A stretch of 64,000 nt of DNA from Candidatus Stahliibacteriota bacterium (GTDB lineage Bacteria > Hydrothermota > Tepidihabitantia > SM23-42), in contig JAUVZL010000004.1 in the NCBI GenBank assembly GCA_030602565.1, positions 12,518 to 76,517 of the forward strand, given 5' to 3'. The notes beneath the pieces are model-generated. The model saw only the letters and a program-made list of their open reading frames with translations, was not told the origin of the DNA and did not search any database. Shown piece after piece: positions 58,448 to 64,000 of this stretch. Both the position numbers and the translations under genes were made by a program. Numbering within the stretch: position 1 is the stretch's first letter; each line of letters begins with the position of its first letter.

Positions 58448-61400
58448 ATTTAATACTTTCAATCATTCTTTTTTCGCAGTTGTCAACGCCCTATGAGACC
58501 CAGGTATTTCTCGATGCTGACGGTACGTTTCTGATCTATGCACGTTATTATCAGGGGGAGTTTATAAGCATTGACAGCGTGGTGAGTGTTGATAAGTACC
58601 TCGATGCAGGTCTTATGCTACGTAATCGCGAGGTGCTTTTACACCATCTCAAGCAGGGTTTGAGACAAAAAGGTGGCTATGCAAGCCAGGGTCTGTTCGG
58701 TACTTTTGAAATAGCTTTGCCTAAAGGTGGTTTTAGTGATTTCATGGGCGAAACCAGCAAACTTGATGTAGGTGGACACGTCAATATTACTATCGGCGGT
58801 AGCGAGACGTTTATTTCAAACCTCCCTGGTGAATCTGAATTCTCCTGGTTGCCTGAATTGGAGATGAAACAGGAGATGTCGATAAAACTTGACGGTGAGG
58901 TTGGTGACCGGATGCGTGTCTACATTGACCATAATTCAGAGAGGATAAATGAAACTGAAAATAAGATTACAGTTTCTTACCGTGGTCGGGAAGATGAAAT
59001 AATCCAAGAGATTGAAGGTGGTGATACTGATCTGTCGATCCCAGCGACTACATATACTGGTGACATACCTTCGCATCGCGGTCTTTTCGGAATCAAATCA
59101 TCGGCAAAACTAGGTCCTTTAGATATCGTCGCCATCGCATCAAAAGAACAGACCAAAACCCAGGAAATAGAGATAGAGGGTTCTACCCAGGCCCAGTATG
59201 ACACGACCTGGGCAAAGTACTATGAACGCCGTCGTTTCTTTTACGTAGGTACGTATGATTCAATCGTTAAGCTAAAAGTTTATGTCGATGATAATAATGC
59301 TCAGAATAATAATCAGGGCGTAACATTCTTTGCCCATGCTTACCTTGATATTAATGATGATAATATCCCTGACGACACGACTATTCAGACAAATCGTCAA
59401 AGCGGTTATTTCACTGAGCAGCTGGAAGGTGATTTCTATTTTCGTATCCCGCAATCAAACATAATTGAGCTCAATTATCAGCTGCCTAACAACCAAGTGC
59501 TCGGTGTTTGGTATGTAAAGATAAACAGTCTGGGACAAACCGATACAGTGGGTATTGTAACTGATGCAATACATAGCGATACAATGCAGCTAAAATTGAT
59601 CTGTCCTGATATCCTCGATACATTGTCATATACTTGGCATTATGAAAAGAAGAACTACTACCAGGTAGTAGCACCCGGGTCTAAGCTCGATTCACTGCGC
59701 ATCTACTATATAACATCGGGCGGCGAGCATATAGATAATCAGGATGGTGTGTCTTTTATCCAACTCCTTGGACTCGATGACGATAAGAACAACCTGATCG
59801 ATGAAAACATTGTTTTTTTCCAGGGGCGCGGTTTACTTATTTTCCCAGACACCATGCCTTTTGCATCGGCGGTGCTTGAAACCCCAGACATCGAAATTTA
59901 CACTAATCCGTATATGACCACTCCGGGCAAGTTCTATTTGTATAAAAAATCCATGCAAGCTAAGGCAGTCTATATGTTGCCTGATAACGTGAAGAAGGTA
60001 ACGGTATTTGTTGATGAAGTATTGCAGGATTCTATAAACGACTATCATGTGGATTATGATGGTGGCATACTTGAATTCAGAAAACCTATATTGCCAACGC
60101 AAAAGGTCAGAATCAAGATTGAATATGCGCCATTCTTCTCAGCGGCAGAAAAATCTCTTGTTGGGCTGCGCAGTACGGTGAGACCTTTTGGAGATGCAAT
60201 GCTTGGGTCTTCGTTCTTCTATCGGACAGAATCGTATCCAATGGACCATGTCCGGCTAAAAGAAGAACCTTTTAACAGGATGGTCTGGGAAGTAGATTTC
60301 TCCTATCCGCAGGATTTACCGGTTATTACAAAAGTGATCGATTGGCTGCCCTTGGTTGAAACGGAAACTGCTTCGAGGGTGAACATCAATTTTGAGGGCG
60401 CGTACTCTTTTTCTAACCTCAATGCCAAAGATGAGGTCTTTCTTGATGATTTGGAGTCATCGACCGTGATTAGCAATGATATTTCTGTTGCTAAGATCTC
60501 TTGGGCACTCTGTTCAAAGCCGATTGACAAAGATACTGCTAACTTTGTGCAGAACAGGATAATCTGGCATAATCTTCGTAAGGAGGATGTTCTCCATGCC
60601 GATGATATATATGAGGATCCTCTGGATCCTAATGAAGCAGCTGATGTTCTGAAGATAATTTTCCAGCCTGAACATGATTCGTCTTTTGGTGGTTTGACCC
60701 AATACATCTACAGTGAGAACTTCGAAGATATTGAGAACCTTGAACTAATAATAAAAGGCAAAGGCGGTGTTATTCATGTTGATTTTGCACAGGAGATCAG
60801 CGAAGACCAACTGTGTCGAAATGAAAGCGGTGAATTGGTTGGTTATCAGGCTTTTGACGATGAGGATAATGATAACAACAATGTTTGGAATCAGATGGGC
60901 GAGGATACTGGTTTGGACGGCGTGTACGGCGATGATGATGATTATGTGCCGGGTGCGCTTGATGATGGTAATGATGATTACCAAATCTATGACTATACCG
61001 GTGGCACAAACGGTACTGAGGGTAACGCATTATGGGATACAGAAGACCTTGATCGCGATGGCAATTTGAACACAAAGAACCGTTATTTCAGTTATTCAGT
61101 AGATCTTGGCGACACAACTTCAACACGCTACATAAAAAACGCTGGTTTGACTAATGGCTGGAAAATGTTCCGGGTGTCAATTAAAGATTCTCCAGAAATG
61201 GATACAGTGTTCGGTCAACCAAATTGGCACGATATTAAATACGTTAGGATTTGGTTTGATGGTTTTACCAGTACCGAGACCCTGATGATATACAAATTGA
61301 GTGCCACGGGCAGCAGATGGAAGAACTACGGTTTTGTTGGCGGTAAGTTACCGCCGCCTGGTGCGGTCTTTACGCTTACCCCGGTAAACACCAAAACTCA

Positions 61401-63846
61401 TTCATATTACAGATCACCCTATCATGAGGAGTATGATCAGTTTGGTCAGACCAAGACTGAGGGCGGTCTGGAATTCATGGTTGTGAATATCCCTCAGGGG
61501 ATTAGCTGCGTTGCCCACCGTAGAACTGATGAAAATGAGGATTATCGTGCCTATGATACACTGACTTTTTACTTGAATGCGCACAATACAAACCCTCTTA
61601 TTTCATTAAGATTGGGCAGCGATAGCCTGAACTTTTATGAGTACACTACTGAATACAATAATGGTGAGTTGGGCATTAACAATTACCGACTCTTCAAAAT
61701 TTCTATGCAGAGCTTCATCGACCTGAAGAGGGATAGAGATCCAGATGCTGATACGGTCAGCGATTTTACTCATACGGTTGTTGGTAACCCCTCATTGTCC
61801 AATAACCGGTATTTCGAAGTAAGAATTACCAATCAGTTTGTCACGTCACTGACCGATACAATATGGTTCAATGATATAAAGTTGAAATCACCAAAATCAG
61901 AAGTTGGCAGGATCTTTCGTGGGAATGGTTCACTCATACTTGCTGACCTTGCATCATTGAACTTCGCTTATGATGAATCAAACGGTCGGTTCAAAAGATT
62001 GTCTGAGTCCAAGGGCATCTCAACGGCGAGCGCTGGTCGAGGCTACTCAGTAAGTGGAAATATCTCGCTCGATAAGTTCCTACCTTTGGATTGGCACTTC
62101 AAGATACCGGTTGGCATGAGCTTCCGAAAAAATACCTCAGAACCAAGATTCTCCTATTATTCTGATGATGTTGAGATTACAGGGGAGGATCGAGAAGAAC
62201 AAAAGTCCAAGACTCTGATGCGTTCATATACCGTTGGTTTTTCCAAATCACAATCAAAAAACTGGTTTATGAAAAATACAATTGACCGAATCACCTTTAA
62301 CCATGACCGAACCCAGATCTATTCGCGGTCTGCTCTTAGCGCTGATACATCAGGCATCAAGAATTTCAGAGGTTCTTACACACTCGCCCCAAATCTGAGC
62401 TTCACAGTACTCAAGCAGAAATTCTTTCTTTTACCGAAGAATATTAATTTCAATGCCATCTACGCTGATAATTCAGTGAAAGCGTACCATCGTTCAAGCC
62501 TTGCTGATTCTTTTGAGCAGACTATCGGTGGTGCACAGCATCGTAAAACTCTGACGCCATCTTTCTCGGTTGCCTATTCACCCCACTCTATTATCAACGC
62601 TAATTATAACTTTGCTCAAACCCGCGATTCAGTTTTTGCGAGTAAGCGATACGGTGAAGAAGTGAGCAGAAACCAGAGTTTTAATACTTCGTTCTCTCCA
62701 AATCTTAAAATCGTCACACCGCGGTTCACATTCAACTCATCTTATAATGAAGATTTTCGTTTTGAGATCAGGCGGGACCAGGATCTGCGTAATGTAAGCA
62801 ATAGTGGGACTTATGGTGTTGACGGTGCTGTAAAAGTGGGCAGTATTGTGAGACTATTTACAAGATTGAGAGACGAGACTAAAGATACGCTCTATGTTGC
62901 TGGCTCGCCCGGGTGGATAGCCAGACAAATTGAAAGATTTGTAGGTTACATACAAAACGTGCAATTCAGATACTCACGACAGCGTAGTTCCAACTACCTC
63001 AATGTAAAAACACGCCCTGACTTCGATTATCAGTGGGGGTTGGTCGATTCAATACCTCCTGACGATATTGCCCAAGGTAGTTTTCCTGGTCGGGGGGTTG
63101 TTGACAACTATGGGTTATCGTCTGGGTTCAATTACAAATTCTTGAGTGCTAATGGTGGTTATACTGGTACTGTGAACCGAACTTTCAATTATGGTGGAGC
63201 ACAGACCAGAACAGATAACATGTCGTACCCGAACCTGAGTGTCCGCCTTATGAAGCTCGAAGCCCTTCCTTTTCTAAAGAAATGGTGTCGCAACTCATCC
63301 ATTCTGACAAATTTCAGCCAGACATTTGAAAAACGCTACGATGTGGTTGCTGATTCAGCACGTGACTTGGTTTCAGATTCCAAGACCTTGAATTTATCTC
63401 CTGTGGCAAGCTGGCAAGCAAGTTGGATCAAAGGGATATCAACGACCCTGGAGGTTAACTATTCAGAGACAAATAGCAGAGATTATTATGCTGACACCAT
63501 GGCCGTGGAGTCAAAGATGATTACACGGGGTGGCTCAGCAAGTTTTGCCTATACTTTTAGTGCGCCAAAGGGTATAAATATACCACTCCTCAGAGGGATA
63601 AAATTTTCCTCTAACCTATCAGTGAACTTGACGGTTAATTATAACCGGAGCACTAACTATTATAACGACCTCTTAAATCCCGCGACCAATACGAGCACCT
63701 TGAGTTCAACAGTCGGGATGTCTTATAATTTCTCCTCGTCCATAACCGGCGGTGCCAATTTCGATTACTCGAAAAGCGATGACATAAACAGTGATCAGGA
63801 CACAAGAAGGGTTGGGCTCAATATCTGGACAAACATAAATTTTTAG
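58444..63846 (+). CDS. sprA: SprA/Sov-like outer-membrane translocon of type IX secretion
   Basis: 1800 aa; YRGREDEIIQEIEGG, GLFGIK, FLDDLE, DTEDLDRDG.L, IKYVRIW, IWFNDI; beta-strand-rich C-terminus ending in Phe. Confidence 0.85.
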   Translation: MNLILSIILFSQLSTPYETQVFLDADGTFLIYARYYQGEFISIDSVVSVDKYLDAGLMLRNREVLLHHLKQGLRQKGGYASQGLFGTFEIALPKGGFSDFMGETSKLDVGGHVNITIGGSETFISNLPGESEFSWLPELEMKQEMSIKLDGEVGDRMRVYIDHNSERINETENKITVSYRGREDEIIQEIEGGDTDLSIPATTYTGDIPSHRGLFGIKSSAKLGPLDIVAIASKEQTKTQEIEIEGSTQAQYDTTWAKYYERRRFFYVGTYDSIVKLKVYVDDNNAQNNNQGVTFFAHAYLDINDDNIPDDTTIQTNRQSGYFTEQLEGDFYFRIPQSNIIELNYQLPNNQVLGVWYVKINSLGQTDTVGIVTDAIHSDTMQLKLICPDILDTLSYTWHYEKKNYYQVVAPGSKLDSLRIYYITSGGEHIDNQDGVSFIQLLGLDDDKNNLIDENIVFFQGRGLLIFPDTMPFASAVLETPDIEIYTNPYMTTPGKFYLYKKSMQAKAVYMLPDNVKKVTVFVDEVLQDSINDYHVDYDGGILEFRKPILPTQKVRIKIEYAPFFSAAEKSLVGLRSTVRPFGDAMLGSSFFYRTESYPMDHVRLKEEPFNRMVWEVDFSYPQDLPVITKVIDWLPLVETETASRVNINFEGAYSFSNLNAKDEVFLDDLESSTVISNDISVAKISWALCSKPIDKDTANFVQNRIIWHNLRKEDVLHADDIYEDPLDPNEAADVLKIIFQPEHDSSFGGLTQYIYSENFEDIENLELIIKGKGGVIHVDFAQEISEDQLCRNESGELVGYQAFDDEDNDNNNVWNQMGEDTGLDGVYGDDDDYVPGALDDGNDDYQIYDYTGGTNGTEGNALWDTEDLDRDGNLNTKNRYFSYSVDLGDTTSTRYIKNAGLTNGWKMFRVSIKDSPEMDTVFGQPNWHDIKYVRIWFDGFTSTETLMIYKLSATGSRWKNYGFVGGKLPPPGAVFTLTPVNTKTHSYYRSPYHEEYDQFGQTKTEGGLEFMVVNIPQGISCVAHRRTDENEDYRAYDTLTFYLNAHNTNPLISLRLGSDSLNFYEYTTEYNNGELGINNYRLFKISMQSFIDLKRDRDPDADTVSDFTHTVVGNPSLSNNRYFEVRITNQFVTSLTDTIWFNDIKLKSPKSEVGRIFRGNGSLILADLASLNFAYDESNGRFKRLSESKGISTASAGRGYSVSGNISLDKFLPLDWHFKIPVGMSFRKNTSEPRFSYYSDDVEITGEDREEQKSKTLMRSYTVGFSKSQSKNWFMKNTIDRITFNHDRTQIYSRSALSADTSGIKNFRGSYTLAPNLSFTVLKQKFFLLPKNINFNAIYADNSVKAYHRSSLADSFEQTIGGAQHRKTLTPSFSVAYSPHSIINANYNFAQTRDSVFASKRYGEEVSRNQSFNTSFSPNLKIVTPRFTFNSSYNEDFRFEIRRDQDLRNVSNSGTYGVDGAVKVGSIVRLFTRLRDETKDTLYVAGSPGWIARQIERFVGYIQNVQFRYSRQRSSNYLNVKTRPDFDYQWGLVDSIPPDDIAQGSFPGRGVVDNYGLSSGFNYKFLSANGGYTGTVNRTFNYGGAQTRTDNMSYPNLSVRLMKLEALPFLKKWCRNSSILTNFSQTFEKRYDVVADSARDLVSDSKTLNLSPVASWQASWIKGISTTLEVNYSETNSRDYYADTMAVESKMITRGGSASFAYTFSAPKGINIPLLRGIKFSSNLSVNLTVNYNRSTNYYNDLLNPATNTSTLSSTVGMSYNFSSSITGGANFDYSKSDDINSDQDTRRVGLNIWTNINF

Positions 63847-63892
63847 ACAAAATGGCTCTCGGAGTAAACAAAGAGCGTAGAGGTTCCTTTAG

Positions 63893-64000
63893 ATGTTAAA
63901 CAAGATTGCTGGTTTTCGCCAGGTGCTAATGATATCAGTAATTTTGTTTATTAACATAGACTTGCTGTCCGCGCGTCCACCCTATAAGCACTTTACTGAT
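63893..64000 (+). CDS. Start of a probable secreted protein (runs out of the window)
   Basis: GAGG RBS; MLNKIAGFRQVLMISVILFINIDLLSA..., frame open to the window end. Confidence 0.45.
   Translation, partial: MLNKIAGFRQVLMISVILFINIDLLSARPPYKHFTD

Noticed and set aside
60840-61000. GAT-rich repetitive DNA in sprA
   Set aside because: Explained by Asp-rich, probably calcium-binding loops in the protein, not an independent DNA repeat.

Overview
Bacterial chromosome segment in the standard genetic code. The gene content (SprA translocon, C25 proteins with C-terminal sorting domains, TonB-dependent receptor, lpxB) suggests a diderm of the FCB group, plausibly a WOR-3-like candidate phylum; this taxonomy is inference only. 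Most of the window is housekeeping: tricorn protease, birA-coaX-tsaE-tsaB-rimI plus a cyclase/STAND/TPR protein, glyA, purA, alr, ppdK, groES/EL, lpxB with envelope-modifying genes, and ispA-dxs-sprA. The main hidden feature is a tRNA-Asn(GUU) gene (16462-16827) split inside its anticodon by a 294-nt ORF-less group I intron that carries REP-like hairpins. It sits in an AT-rich accessory patch (about 16.1-19.7 kb) with a GIY-YIG nuclease, remnants of a tyrosine transposase, a serine recombinase and an AbiEii-like toxin, and an intact DUF488 two-gene module. Other notable signals are a near-universal 16-bp promoter spacer with several apparently leaderless genes, REP/MITE elements (one inside lpxB), an unannotated 35-aa lysine-rich ORF, and an uncharacterised LysM / cNMP-binding / giant-TPR cluster. 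No CRISPR array or rRNA was seen. All family calls come from motif recognition by eye, not database searches.
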